DNA of 64,000 nt from Rhynchobatus australiae. Its lineage: Eukaryota. Of this stretch, positions 13,640-25,839 are shown in pieces. The DNA is taken from positions 27,114,938-27,178,937 of the forward strand of contig JAUZTB010000048.1 of the NCBI GenBank assembly GCA_034780895.1. The letters are read 5' to 3'. Under the pieces are notes generated by a model, which was given only the letters and a program-made list of their open reading frames with translations, was not told where the DNA came from and did not search any database. The translations under genes and the position numbers were made by a program. Position 1 is the first letter of the stretch; each line of letters starts with the position of its first letter.

Positions 13640-15115
13640 TTCAATTGAATTGTGAATTAAGATACCAATGTTTTTTTTGATGTAGAACAGTAACTGCAAT
13701 TACCCGCCCTCAACGTTAATCTCAGTAGTAATGACACGACACCTGGTGGCAGTGTGGATTGTGAGAATGGTGCGGAGAGGCTTTGGGGGATATTGACAGA
13801 GGTGAATGGGCAGAGACGGGGCAGATGGAATATAATGTGGAAAAATGTGAAACTATCCACTTCTGTGGATGAAAGGTGTCGGTGTCCACAGGGACCTTGG
13901 TGTCTTTTTATACATAGCTTTTGCAGGCTCAGCAAGCAATTCAGAAGGCAAATGGTATGTTGGCCTTTATCACATGAGGATATGAATACAGGAATAGGAG
14001 GAACTCGGCAGGTTAGGCAGCATTTGTGGAGGGAAATGGACAGTCGACATTTCGGGTCGAGACCCTTCACCTGGACTGCTCCCTCTCTGTCCCTTTTTCT
14101 CTCTCCTTCCTACCCAGTTCTTCCTACACATCCCCAGCCCACCCCCCCACACTGCTTCTTTCCCCTCCTCCATCTACCCACCCCACCTCCCTTATTTAAT
14201 TCCATGCTCCACCTTCCTTTCCAATCAGATTCCATCCTCTACAGCCCTTTGTTGCCTCCACCTATCACCTCCCAGCCTGTCACTTTTTCCTATCCTCCCC
14301 CCTCCATCTGCCTATCAGCCCTCCTCACCTGGATCCACCTGTCACTTGCCAGCTCTTGCTCCACCCCTTCCCCTCACCTCTTTATACTATCTCCCCTCTA
14401 CTCTTTCAGTCCGGATGAAGGGTCTTGACTCTAATCGTTGTCCATTTCCCTCCACAGATGCTGCCTGACCCTCTGAGTTACTCCAGCTTTTTGTTCCAGA
14501 TTCCAGCTGCAGTCCTTTGTGTCTACAGCAGAGAGATTGTGCTCCAATTATAAATGGCCCTGCTGGCTCTCAATCTGGAATATTGGGAACAGGTCTGGTT
14601 TCCCTACCTAAGAAACGATCTATTTGCAAAAAAGGAAGTGCAATAAAGGGTCACCAGTTTGATTCCCTGGATGATGGATTTGTTATATGGAAGATTAATC
14701 ACACTAGGTTTGTACTCAAGAAGAATGAGTGGTGATCCTGTCGAAACGTACAAAGTTCTTTAAGGGGCTTGCCACTGTAGATGTGGAGTTGTTGCCCCTG
14801 GCTGGGATACCTAATCCAAAATGATTCAAGGATAGTCACAGAATGAGAGGTCAGTCATTCAGAACAGATGAGAATAAACTTCTCCAGCCAGAAGAATGAA
14901 GCTTTGGAATTCCCTAGGCAGAAAGACTATGAAGGCTCGGTTGCTGAACTTATTCAAGATGGAGTTTGATAGATTTTTAGCCATCAAAGAAATCAAGGGA
15001 TTCAGAGCAAGTCCAGGAACATGGCACTGAGGTTAAAGATCAGCAGTGATCTTATTGAACAGTGGGGGCAGGTATGAGGGGATGAATGTCCTCGTCCTGC
15101 TTCTATTGCTTATAA
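13640..15115 (+). mobile_element. Degenerate CR1 LINE fragment interrupted at ~13995-14525
   Basis: gggaccttggtgtc...aggcaaatggtatgttggcctttat (RDLGV...KANGMLAF-like); CR1 3' sequence resumes after 14525. Confidence 0.7.
13997..14525. mobile_element. Penelope-like non-autonomous element with ~80-bp inverted arms
   Basis: Left arm ggaggaactcggcaggttaggcagcatttgtggagggaaatggaca...gacccttcacctggactg is the reverse complement of the right arm cagtccggatgaagggtc...tccatttccctccacagatgctgcctgaccctctgagttactcc; the spacer is C/T-rich. Confidence 0.7.
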
Positions 15116-16819
15116 AAACATTTTCACCAGTCTTGGAAAGACCCTTGTGCTGCCAATTTCCAGTGCTCGGGCCTTAGGCATTTGAAATTAATTCCAAAAT
15201 AAGCTTCAGATTTGCTACACCCACCCACTGCTTTTTGTAATATATAAAATGTCTTCCTGGCTGCTTGTCTGCTTTTAAATGCTGGTTGGCTTATTTGGAT
15301 GTGGTTGCTATGTATGCAAAACTCGTGTTCAGGAATACAGTAATGGAATAACTGGCACATAGACAGCTTAAATACAGAGTCTTCTCATACAATATCTTTT
15401 TCTCTGGTTTGTGACTTCTGAATTCTGAGTGAAGCAAATCTCGATGCCCATTTCTATATATAGGCACATTTCTATGTAAGTGGTCTAAATTGGATAGTTT
15501 CATCCAGCTATTTTTAGAATTAGCTTACTTGGCCATTTTGGATTATGAATTTCAGTTGAATATGTGAAGTTTCTTCAACTATGTCCAACTGAGTTCTTGC
15601 ACAGTTGATGCTCATTTAAAGACAAAAGAAACAGTCAGCAAACAGCTGTATTTTCAGGAAACTGCAAATCTGTCTGTTGATTTAACAAGGGTGCATGCAT
15701 CAGACACTGGCTTAAATCAGTATTTTATCCTAGCCCTTCAAATGATTCTGTTATTAAGAGGTTAAGACATTTTGAATGCACTACTTACAATACCAAAATA
15801 ACAGGAAGGAACACCAAATTATTTAGAAGAGGCATTTTGTGGGTTGCCAGAGTGACTTCATGTGGATGAGTTCATTTCCTGAGGAGTCAGCTGTATCTTA
15901 GCCTTCATTTCTGTTTCTGAGTTGAAGGACACTTTGGATCATTTTCAGAAATGTGCTGAAGCCCTGCATTTGTTGATCGAGCTGCATGAAATAATCCCTT
16001 TGTTCATAAAGCCCCATTTCCAACGGCAGCAGTAATTGCATCATCCACAACACACTAGCATTCTTCATTTAAAAAATGTGCTTTTATTCAAATTCTGAAA
16101 GCAGTTCAGTTTCATAATACCCTCCATTTCAAATCACAAAATCCATTTCCAGGGACACCATTTTACAAGGAAGCCTGTGTCATATTCTGATTTTAATCAC
16201 ACAGATTTGGACAGTTTTTTTTAAATGATGTACTCGGGATCTCATTCCACATCATTGGATGAATGTAGGCTGGTTGGTAAAGGTTGACAAAATGAACAAT
16301 CAATTTTTATTACACAAAATTGGGGATTTTTCTGGGATTAGTTTTATTAGTGTTTTGCTTAACTGGTTGTAAATAGTAAGTAAAAGAATCAGGGTAAGGG
16401 CTAGGGAGCGGAAAGGCAGTTTGGTGCACTTTCCATTGGTATCAGTGAAACAAGCCTGCATTTGGTGTTTAAAATTTCCTATCTCTATTGCCTCCTGAAT
16501 TGGTGAGCTGTAGTAACCAGAAAAAGATTGTGTTTGGGATTGTGATAGATATCAGTTTAGAAATAACCCTTGCATCCAAGATTGACCTGACAGTACAGTG
16601 AGAAATATTTATATTTTCAGAGGGGAACAGAGACTGGTGTAATAGTCATTAAAATTATATGCACCATGTCCAAGATTTCATAGGAACAAGTACAAATTAG
16701 GGGTTGGCACTACATTTATATTATTAAGACTGCAACAAGAAATGTTCAAAACTTGCTGACAGAACATGCTCTATAAATGTGTAGAGGAAAAAAAACATTT
16801 TTAATTTTAAGATTCAGTT

Positions 16820-18700
16820 AAATACAGATTTTCAACAGAAATAATTTTATTAAGAAAACACATTACATAAGTTTTGCACTGTGAACTCCTTGACTTTAGC
16901 ATTCTCTTTGTGACCAAAATTTATCAATGGCTACAAAGCAATCATCTTCAAATTCTATTCCAAAATATGTGGATTAAAAGTTTTTTTAAAAGAATGCTTC
17001 TTTGATGTTTTTTTCCAAGACATCAAAATAACATTTAACCACAAATTTCACAGAGAACACAACAATTAATACATAACAATGAAGTGTTTACAATGTTATG
17101 TCACAATGTTTTCTTGAACTTACACCAAGTCGTTAAATTAGTTTTAACTTGTTTCTGTAAACAAGTCCCTTTCTGTTTAAATAATTTAGCACAAATTGAC
17201 AGATTTTGGAAGTCACTTTAACAACAGCTCTGGATTATCCATATTGTTTAGTTCAATGTTGTTTCAAGGAGATGACAGGGTTTAGGTATTCTGGACATAT
17301 CGCAAGCAAAAACATGCAGGTAAAACGTTATGCCATCATACAAAGACTTAAAACACTGGCATGCCAGAATGACCTTTGAGTAGGTCTTTAATGAATTACA
17401 CCTGAAAGTAAATAAAGATCTTTTTGGTATTACCTTACTGATTATAACAATGACTCCTCTGCAATTATAACCAATGTCACTTATGTGTCCTTTTGGGATA
17501 AATGCTATTACAAACAAAATTGTTCCTACAAACCTTTACTTTTCATTTCAAGATATACAAAGATATTAAGCTCTTAAAACAATTTCTATTTCATATTAAA
17601 AGTCACAGTTTGTACTATACAGTTTCAAAAAATACAGTTGTGTACAGAATGTAAACTTAAATGTATAGAAAAGAGCATTTCAGTTTCATATTTCCCAATA
17701 AATGCTACATAAAATAATAATTGGTGTAAAATTTGAAGAGTCCACCCAAAAGCCATTTTGGCTATGCCAACATCATGTCCATTTCCTCCCCTGCACTGAA
17801 TAATGGATATATGAAGTACAAATACCTAGATATATGTTTTTCTTTCAATTATTATACACAATTTATTTTCCTATGAACAGTATAAATAATTAAAAGGCAT
17901 TTTTACAAACATATGCTGAATTTTATATTAAAAGATTACCTAAAAACAAACATTTAAAAATCTAGTCTTACATTACAAAAATTAAAAACTAATGTTAAAA
18001 AAACTTAAATACATTAACAATTGAAAATGACGATCAGGTTTTCCGGAGTTTAAATAGTTTTCATATGTACACATGACAGACTTAGAAAACAATGAAGCTT
18101 ATAAAACTGATATACATTAATAACCTTTTATCAAGTAAATAAAGAATGGTAAGAGCAGGTAACAATGTCTTACTGCTTCGTGAAGAGCATTTGTATTTGC
18201 ATCCTTTCTACAGTCACTTAAATCACAGCTCTATAATCCAACAATATTCCTGAAAACATGCAATCACTGTATAATGTAAAATTTACAACAAATGGACAGT
18301 AAATTTGAAATCAGTTAAATTGATTAGTAAATGCTGTTGGATTAATAACTCTGATTTATTGAGGTGAAATTTTCTTAAATTGCAGTGGTTGTCAAAATTA
18401 ACTGCTCTTTTACGTTAAGCTTTGAACATATGGCGATCTGACACTCTAAAATAAAGTTTGGATGTTACAACACCTGTCACTGTGTGACCAGTTGGAAAAA
18501 AACAATTTTCAATTGGATGTGGCACCATCCAACTGAAAAACAGCCTTTGATTTATTAGTGAACACACTTATGATCAATGGTAAATATTCATGTTATTTTC
18601 AATGCATGATATTTTTAATGTTTAATGTGACAACTGCATCTAGATTAGGCAGTGCCAAGTATCATTGTTGAAAATTATAATCTTAAGAGAAGTGATTTAA
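16820..18700 (-). other. Putative distal 3'UTR of a minus-strand gene
   Basis: Very AT-rich, U-rich on the minus strand, no recognisable repeats. Pumilio-type TGTACATA at 18071-18064. Ends at an AATAAA. Confidence 0.5.
16846..16851 (-). terminator. Putative polyadenylation signal AATAAA
   Basis: tttatt on the plus strand at the end of the UTR-like block, with a T-rich tract downstream on the minus strand. Confidence 0.45.
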
Positions 18701-19757
18701 TTGTGTAGAGAAAGACAATGAATACTTTATCACTGGCTAGGTTACATATTAGATTAAAATCAAAGGACAAATTAAAGAGAATAACTCGCATCCTGTTAAG
18801 ATACGAGTTACATACACTGGCAGCTGGAAGGTAGATAATGGAGGATGGTGTGTTGAGACAGGAGCATAACTGATACCCGGCTGGAAAAGAAAGCTGGCAG
18901 TGAGAGCAGAAGTGGAACAGGATAGCAATGACAATAATAGGCCAGGAAAAATCTGGGCAAATTAGAGGAGCAAAGGGCAGAGAGAAGAAAAGGGAAAGAG
19001 ATTCAAGAAAGAGTACAATTGGGAGGATTAGCATTAAGGATGGTCAAACAGAATGGAGAAAAGGAGTGAGGGAGCATTGGGTAGAAGGAAGCTCTGATAT
19101 TAACTGGGACAAGAGACAAGCAGACAAGATTCGTTGCAGGTGACACACTACAAGTTGCATGAAACCTGGGAGATTTTTGGGAAGCAAGTGACGGGACCAC
19201 GGGAACACATTTGAGTGACAGAAGGTCACTGCTCAACAGAGTCCCTGGAACCCTTGTGGTGGGGGAGGGGTAAAGAGCTAGAAGCAATCCTGCTCTTCCA
19301 GTCCCTGCCAGGAAAATGGTAAAAGGCAGCAAGACCACTGTTCTGGGTGCTGCTCAACTGCAGCTGCTCCTCCCACCCAGACGCTGTGGAACGAGAGCCT
19401 CTACTACTACTTTCTGAGAGCTTATGGGTGAAACGGCAGTCGGTCCCAATGATACCATACATTACAAAGGGAAGTATGTATTTAAAGGAAGATCCAGACA
19501 ATTTCCAGTTAGTCTGTTTGAGAGAGGCCCACAAAAAGAGTGCTGAAGATAATGGCAAAGGGTAATCAATGGGAGAGACAGTAGCAAGGGAAAGACAATG
19601 AATAAAAGCAGAACATAAATTGATGGCACTGAGCTTCATAGAAACAGCCAGGTCTGGGTGAACAGCAAAGGTCATGCCAAAAGAACTAATGATCAATGAA
19701 GCCAGCTTTGTAAAGGAAAAGTAACCAGAAACCAGAGTAACCGGAATAGCTATGTCA

Positions 19758-19812
19758 GCACAACATTGTGGGCCGAAGGGCCTGTTCTGTGCTGTACAGT
19801 TCTATGTTCTAA
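19758..19812 (+). mobile_element. Isolated CR1 3' tail
   Basis: cacaacattgtgggccgaagggcctgttctgtgctgtacagttctatgttcta is the reverse complement of the 8985 tail. Confidence 0.65.
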
Positions 19813-20429
19813 ACAAAATAATGGATAGCAGAAGGGGACACAGAAACTGAGAAGATAATGGCAAGGGGGTCAGATTCGGTGTGCAATAAGGAGAGGATAC
19901 AGTAAGGAGACAAGAAGAAATGCGACAAAGGTGGGCCAAGAAAGGCAGAAAGGACAGTTTAACAAGAAGGAATTCAGTGAAAGAAAAAGGGGCTAGAATG
20001 GAAGCAGTTATGGAAAGCAAGCCAGAAAAAAAGACAGATGGTCAGCATCAGGAAAACTAGAGTGAAAGGAAAACTGGCGAGGTGACCAAAACAAAGTCAA
20101 CAGAAGAGGAAATCAAACAGCAGGCAAGGTGATGGTAGCTGCTGGCGATATTGGAAAGGAGACAATTTTGTAAAGAGAGGAACAGGGCTGAGTTGGCGGT
20201 GGTTGGGGGATGGGCAGGGGAAGGAGTGGAGACAGACTTGTACATTCAAACAACCAACAGGGGCACAGCCCAGGAGGGCGAATGAAAAACAGATGCAGTA
20301 GGAAAACATATTCTGAAGGGCAGCCAAGCACAGGAGAGACAATGTAGAAAATAAATCGGGCAAAGACAGAAAATGAAAAAAGGTACAGGGGAGAAGAAAC
20401 TAAGAAGAAAATCAAGAGTGGTCAAAGTA

Positions 20430-20980
20430 AAATCTGCAGATACTGGAAATCTGAAATTAAAACAAATACTCAGTGGTCAGGCAGCATGTGTGCAGAGAGA
20501 AACAGCATGATGATTCTTCATCGGAACAAGGAAAAGTTGAAATACAGATATGTTCTAAGTTACAGAGTAAGGGGCAAATTGTGATAAGTGAGGGAATGTT
20601 TGTAATCACGTGGAGACCGAGTAAATAGATAGAGAGAGTGATCGATGTTTATTAGTGACAGCTATAATGTCTGTGGGGGGTGCAAACAGTGGGAGAAGAA
20701 TCAATGGATGCTTCTAGCTTTCTTTCTGATTTCCAGCAACTGCTAAGTTCTGCATTTCACAGTTCCAGCACTGTGCATTTTCCCTCTACCTGTCCTCATT
20801 CTCATCTCTCTATTTACATCACCACCAGCCAGATTAGCTGCCATGAGTCTTCAATCCTCTCTCTGTTCTCTTGGTCTCCACTGAATGAAGGACATTCCCT
20901 TTGTTCTCTCCATCGCTCCTCCTAACCTGCATCTTAAAGCATGCCTATTTTCTAACTTTACCAAATTCAGATGAGATCAT
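20430..20980. mobile_element. Old Penelope-like repeat remnants
   Basis: ctgcagatactggaaatctgaa...ggtcaggcagcat at the left end; C/T-rich remnant ending ttcagatgag at the right. Confidence 0.45.
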
Positions 20981-21629
20981 CAATACAGTGCTGTTGATTG
21001 GGGCAGGGGAGACACAGACCAGCCAGGAAGGGAAAGAGCAAGATTTAAAGCCAGGGAAAGGCAATGTTGGAGACGTGGAAGCAGGGAAGAACAAAGAACC
21101 AGGTTAGCAAAGCAGATGTGAAAGTCAAAGACGGGAAGTACAGTGAGTGTGCAAACCAGACTTGGAGATGACAATACGGAAAGATAGATGCATTGGAAAA
21201 GAGGAAAATAAAACACAAAGGAAACCTTAATTCTGCCAACCAGAAGGGGAAGTTGATTGGAATGAAAGTTAAATTAGAACAGCTACACCGAGAAATTTGA
21301 TCACGAAAAGCTGATTTGTAAAAATATTCTGTGATTGAAAATCAATTTAACCTGGAGTATACTACAACTATTGTGAGGCACCCTCATGACCCCAATTTTG
21401 TTTTTCCTTCAGGGCTGCGTGGGATGGCATCTTTTCTCATGTGGGCCACTGCTGGGGAACTTGGGCCATGTTGTCCTCAGTGTGCCCTTCACACAGTACC
21501 CTCAGGACAAAATAATCTGACTCCCGCAGTGGCTACCAAGGGGTCCCGCTGACAAGTAAAACACTTGCCCAAATGCTTGGAGCCTCCCAAACCCTTACTG
21601 CACTACCTGCTGACCATCCCTCCCTCCAC

Positions 21630-21845
21630 ACCCTAACCTCTCTGAAATATAACTGGTCCACTGAACATTACCACACCCACCCCAATGTATAACTGGTCCC
21701 CTGAAACAATCCCCATCACTCCCCAACAGAGAGCTGGTCCAATGAATATTACTATTGGCCCCCACCCCACAAATGTCCAGACACTCTCCTGAAACTCTCC
21801 TCCTCTCCCCCCTCCCACCAATCAATGAACAGTTGGTCCCCAGTG
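21630..21845. repeat. Degenerate ~40-45 bp minisatellite
   Basis: Recurrent a(a/g)ctggtcc..tgaa motif followed by C-rich spacers at ~21651, 21691, 21732 and 21830. Confidence 0.55.
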
Positions 21846-23089
21846 TGCAGCCATATCCTCAGAGACCCCATCTCCCCCGTGATATACAGCCACCTCCCTC
21901 TGGCACCACTGAAGATAATTGCTTCGCACAGCAAGTGCCATACCAGTATCCCCACCACCTCTCCCTACCGCGAGGGGAGTGCTGGGGTCTGATCTCCCCC
22001 TTCACTACATGAATTCTGGAGTGCACTGATGAATCCCCCTCCCCACCCTCATGGCCAACCTCTGGTAACTTGCACTGGAGGTTTCAGTCACACAGGAACT
22101 TTGATGATGAGACAACGGCCAAAATGGCTGTTCCATCACATCAATGCCATTCCAAAGTTCTGGAACTTCCAGGAGGTTATGGGAAGCCAGAGGGGAGTAT
22201 GAAAGGGAGAATGATAAGTCAAGTCATGTTCAAATACAAATTAGGAAAGAAAGGGACACCGATGGAAAGGGATGGAAGCTGGGCTGTTTAGGAGAGGAAA
22301 CAGAAGTGGTGGGCAGGTGAAGATGGAGTGGATGAGAAATGAATAAAGATGTGGCAGATGCATTTTCACATGGGGAAGATGTGAGGCATCCTGATTTTTG
22401 GGCTGTAATCTTGTGGAATGGACCCAAAAATCAATGACAGAACTTGAGCAATTAAATTCCTTTGAACTCAACAGGACAAACATTGTGTAGGTTCTTCATG
22501 AAGCAACTGATTCTCTTCCTCAAACTGCCAAGTACGATGGATTCACATGGCAAATTGGAGGTTTATGGGAGCCCACTGGTTGCAGAACTGGATGAGCATC
22601 CAAACTTGAAAGGAGAGGTGGTGAGATGGGGTTGTGGGGAGGGGGCGTGGGGGGGAGGGGCAGGGAGGGGGAGAGGGGGAAGCGCACGACAACAGTTACA
22701 CCAGGCCCAACCCTGAACAAACCCAGCAGGTAAATCCCAGTGTAACAATTGCCTCCTCCACAACGATGGCCTCCTATGGACCAATGCACAAACTCATCGA
22801 GGAAAGAGTACATGGCCCAGCACACTTTATCACCACAGGAGGAGCGGAGGTCAGTTCAATCTGGGCGCTGAAAAATCGCATAACAGCTGAGTTTCAAGGA
22901 CAGGCCTTCGTTTTCAAAAAGTCATGGCAGAGGAACACTCAGGAAGATCCCAGCCAGGGAGAGGCTGACATGGCGCAGATGGATTCTACCGGCCAAGAAA
23001 TCCGCCCACAGACAGGCAGAGCGCTGGGGTACCTCCAAGTACAACATCTGCAATAAAAGGCTTCCCGATTGCCAATCCCTTCCAAGCAA

Positions 23090-23169
23090 AATGCTCCACC
23101 CTGCCTGTGACAGCAACACTGTTACAGGCAATGCTCCACCCCACCTGTGGCAACAACACTGTTACAGCC
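23090..23169. repeat. 40-bp tandem duplication
   Basis: aatgctccaccctgcctgtgacagcaacactgttacaggc followed by aatgctccaccccacctgtggcaacaacactgttacagcc. Confidence 0.85.
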
Positions 23170-23479
23170 AGGCCCAGCACAAGCTTGAGCAACCACGCCT
23201 CCTCAACCAGCGTCTGGGCAAGTTACGGTCTCGATGGTGAACCATCCAACATGAGGCAACTCTTCTCTCTGTCTGCATCAGAACCAAGTCATCTCTGCTG
23301 GAAATCACCTTGTTATTCTCCCCCCATTTGAGCAGACTTACCACAGGGCACATCCACAGCCCTGCTGTTACCAACACTAAATCCAAAGAAGCCCCAGCTG
23401 CCTTTCAACAGCACATTGACGCACTTGGTCCCACCCTATCGGAGACACTTCCCCTCACACTGCCCATCCCTCCCCCACT

Positions 23480-23600
23480 GGAAACCGCTTTCCTTTCTTC
23501 CCCAGTGCCGATGAACAACTTTGGACCCAAAACCTTGGCCCTGTTCCTCACTCCACAGATGCTGCCCAACCTGATGAGTGCTTCTGGCATTTTCTGCACT
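23480..23600 (+). mobile_element. Penelope-like terminal repeat fragment
   Basis: ccgatgaa...ctccacagatgctgcccaacctgatgagtgcttctggcattttctg. Confidence 0.55.
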
Positions 23601-24029
23601 CAACTCCCTTCCCAAAAATTCCAAGATAAATTTAATCGCAACCTCACGCTTGATCTCGTGTGGTGTGGCCCGCGCTTTCCCCGTTACAACTGACGCACTT
23701 GATTGGATATCCTGTTCCCAGCCAAACCCACACAGAAATGGGAGCCACTGTGTAAGGAAGTCCGTGAATAGGAATAAGTACACTCTGATTGGCTGGGGGA
23801 ATTACCCAATCACACCAGGGGAGCCACCATGCAGCAAGTAATTGGCATTGACCCATGCACTGCTGCTGCTCCCTGTGCTGGGATATTTCAACAGGAAACT
23901 AATCCTGCTATTGTCGGCAGAAGTCACTGTAGTTTCATCCACAATTGTGGTTTGAGGGGTAGTCTCAGTGATGTCAGAGGCTCAACGATTCAATGCCAAC
24001 TCAAAGCATTCCCCATCAATCCCATTCCC

Positions 24030-24285
24030 TCATTTCCCAGTGACTTATTCTCTCCCCATCTATTGCCCATCCCCACACCGATTCTCCCACCAACCAATCT
24101 ACGTACTGAGGGCAATTAACAGCAACTGATTACCCTACCCATCCACACGTCATTGGGATGTGGGAGGAAACTGGAGCCCAGAGGTCACAGGGAGAAGGTG
24201 CAAACTCCACAAAGACAGTCTGGAGGTTGGGATCCAACACAGGTCTCTGGGGCAGGAGGCAGCAGCTCTACCCACTGACCCACTG
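24030..24285 (-). mobile_element. V-SINE
   Basis: ttgggatgtgggaggaaactggagc...cacagggagaaggtgcaaactccaca is the reverse of the V-domain and tRNA head. Confidence 0.7.
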
Positions 24286-25089
24286 GGCCTCCCCTCCACT
24301 TTCCCCACGAGGTGAAGATTCGCCAAACGACAGCGTAAACCTTTCCCCGCTATTTAAACCCTTTGGTTTGTGCCGGAAATATCGCCGTGAACCTTCTCTG
24401 CCCCCTCCCCAGCTCAGTGACACCCTTCCTATCGCTGGGCCACCAGAACCNNNNNNNNNNAGTTACTTTTGGTCTAACATCTCATTCTGCACAGCCTTCT
24501 CCTTCGCTGTCCTGCGTAACGCGCCCAATTGATGCGCTGCGCGTGGTCCGTGCCTGCGTTGTCGATGCAAGTGTTTCCACCCTCCCCGTGCACTCGACCC
24601 TCGACCCAAGTCGAGCACAAGGTCTACAAGCTGGTCAGCGGGAGGATTCACTCTGCCCCCACCACACCACACACACCGGAGGGAGGCTGAAGGACATCAC
24701 CAAGTCTCACAGCTGGGACACAGAGAGAGCTCAAAGGGGGCTGGAAAACCCAACCCCAGTTTGTCTCACACCGAACCCTAACGCACGGGGGGGGGGGGGA
24801 GTGGCCGGCACAAACTGGGATAAACCCCCTCGCCCGGAAAGGGACACGGACAATCCAGTCTTTCCATTATTTGCAATCTGTGTAACGCACAGATCTCTCA
24901 TTTCGCCTCCTTTGCTGGGACGAAACAGAAAGTTTTCGGCAACGATATCCGCGCACATCCCACACGGGAGGCAGAAGGGAGGGGGCGCAAGGGGGTACGG
25001 AGTACTCCACAAAACCCGGCTCTTCCCGCTCCCCTCCCCAGCCAGCCCAGGACACGCGGGGATACGAGGAGACAGATGGGGGCTCCTAC

Positions 25090-25238
25090 CTCGGACCACG
25101 ATGTCGATGCTGCTGCTGGACCTGCCCAGGGAGTTGGTGGCCTCACAGGTGAAGGTGCCGTTCACCTGGTAGCTGACCCGGTCCACCGTCAGCTGGTGAC
25201 CCATCGTCCGCATGCTGCTGGGAATCACCCCGCCGTTC
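25090..25238 (-). CDS. Nectin/PVR-family exon, second half of Ig domain 3
   Basis: ccccctcag|G...G|gtagga, phase 2-1, in frame with the previous exon. NGGVIPSSMRTMGHQLTVDRVSYQVNGTFTCEATNSLGRSSSSIDIVVR includes the Ig F-strand (GTFTCEATN.LG). Confidence 0.88.
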
Positions 25239-25329
25239 CTGAGGGGGCGAGATGCAGGGAAGGGTCGGTGAGACTGGAGGGGCAACAACAGCCCAAGCGA
25301 GATGGTAGCTAGTAAACCGACCAACACAA

Positions 25330-25445
25330 GAGACGGGGAGGGGGTCACAGAGACGGGGAGGGGGTCACAGAGACGGGGAGGGGGTCACAGGTCCACAGGT
25401 CAGCTGGTGATGCCTGGGAGTTCAGCTGGTGATGCCTGGGGGGGG
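25330..25445. repeat. G-rich tandem repeats in the nectin-like intron
   Basis: agacggggagggggtcacag x3, then cagctggtgatgcctggg x2. Confidence 0.85.
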
Positions 25446-25721
25446 GGGGGTGTCAGCGCCCACACAGCAGGACGTTCCCAGCCCCAGCGCAGGCAGTGAG
25501 GCTCTGCTGCAGAAACAGGCCACTCGGGCCATCCACTCTGATGCTAGCCCCACGGACCAGCCCCACCGATGGTCCCCGAGACTTTGGTGATTCTCCGGTG
25601 GGACCGGTTCCCTGCGGCACTCCAGCCAGGATTTCAGAGTTCCCGACCACCGGCAGTGGGATGACAGACTCGCTCCCCCACCACCCCCACCCCCAAGGGA
25701 ACCAACCCTGCAGACACTCAC

Positions 25722-25839
25722 ATGTACCACTTGTAGTCCTCGGCCGCTGGGTTAGCCTTCACGTTACATGTGAGTGAGGCGTGTTCCCTGTCCAGGTACC
25801 AGTTGTCGTCGTAGCCCTCGATGGTCACAATGGGGGGGT
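25722..25839 (-). CDS. Nectin/PVR-family exon, first half of Ig domain 3
   Basis: ccccacag|AC...AT|gtgagt, phase 1-2. PPIVTIEGYDDNWYLDREHASLTCNVKANPAAEDYKWYM fits the nectin motif PP.V.I.GYDDNWYL.R....L.C....NP....Y.W. Confidence 0.88.

Noticed and set aside
13754-14428. 224-aa ORF
   Set aside because: Off-frame read through a CR1 fragment and a C/T-rich repeat.
24363-25348. 269-aa (+) and 205-aa (-) ORFs
   Set aside because: Stop-poor GC-rich sequence; only 25090-25238 on the minus strand is a recognisable exon.
21630-25445. Short repeats considered as a CRISPR-like array
   Set aside because: Tandem or degenerate units without unique spacers, in a vertebrate context with no cas genes.
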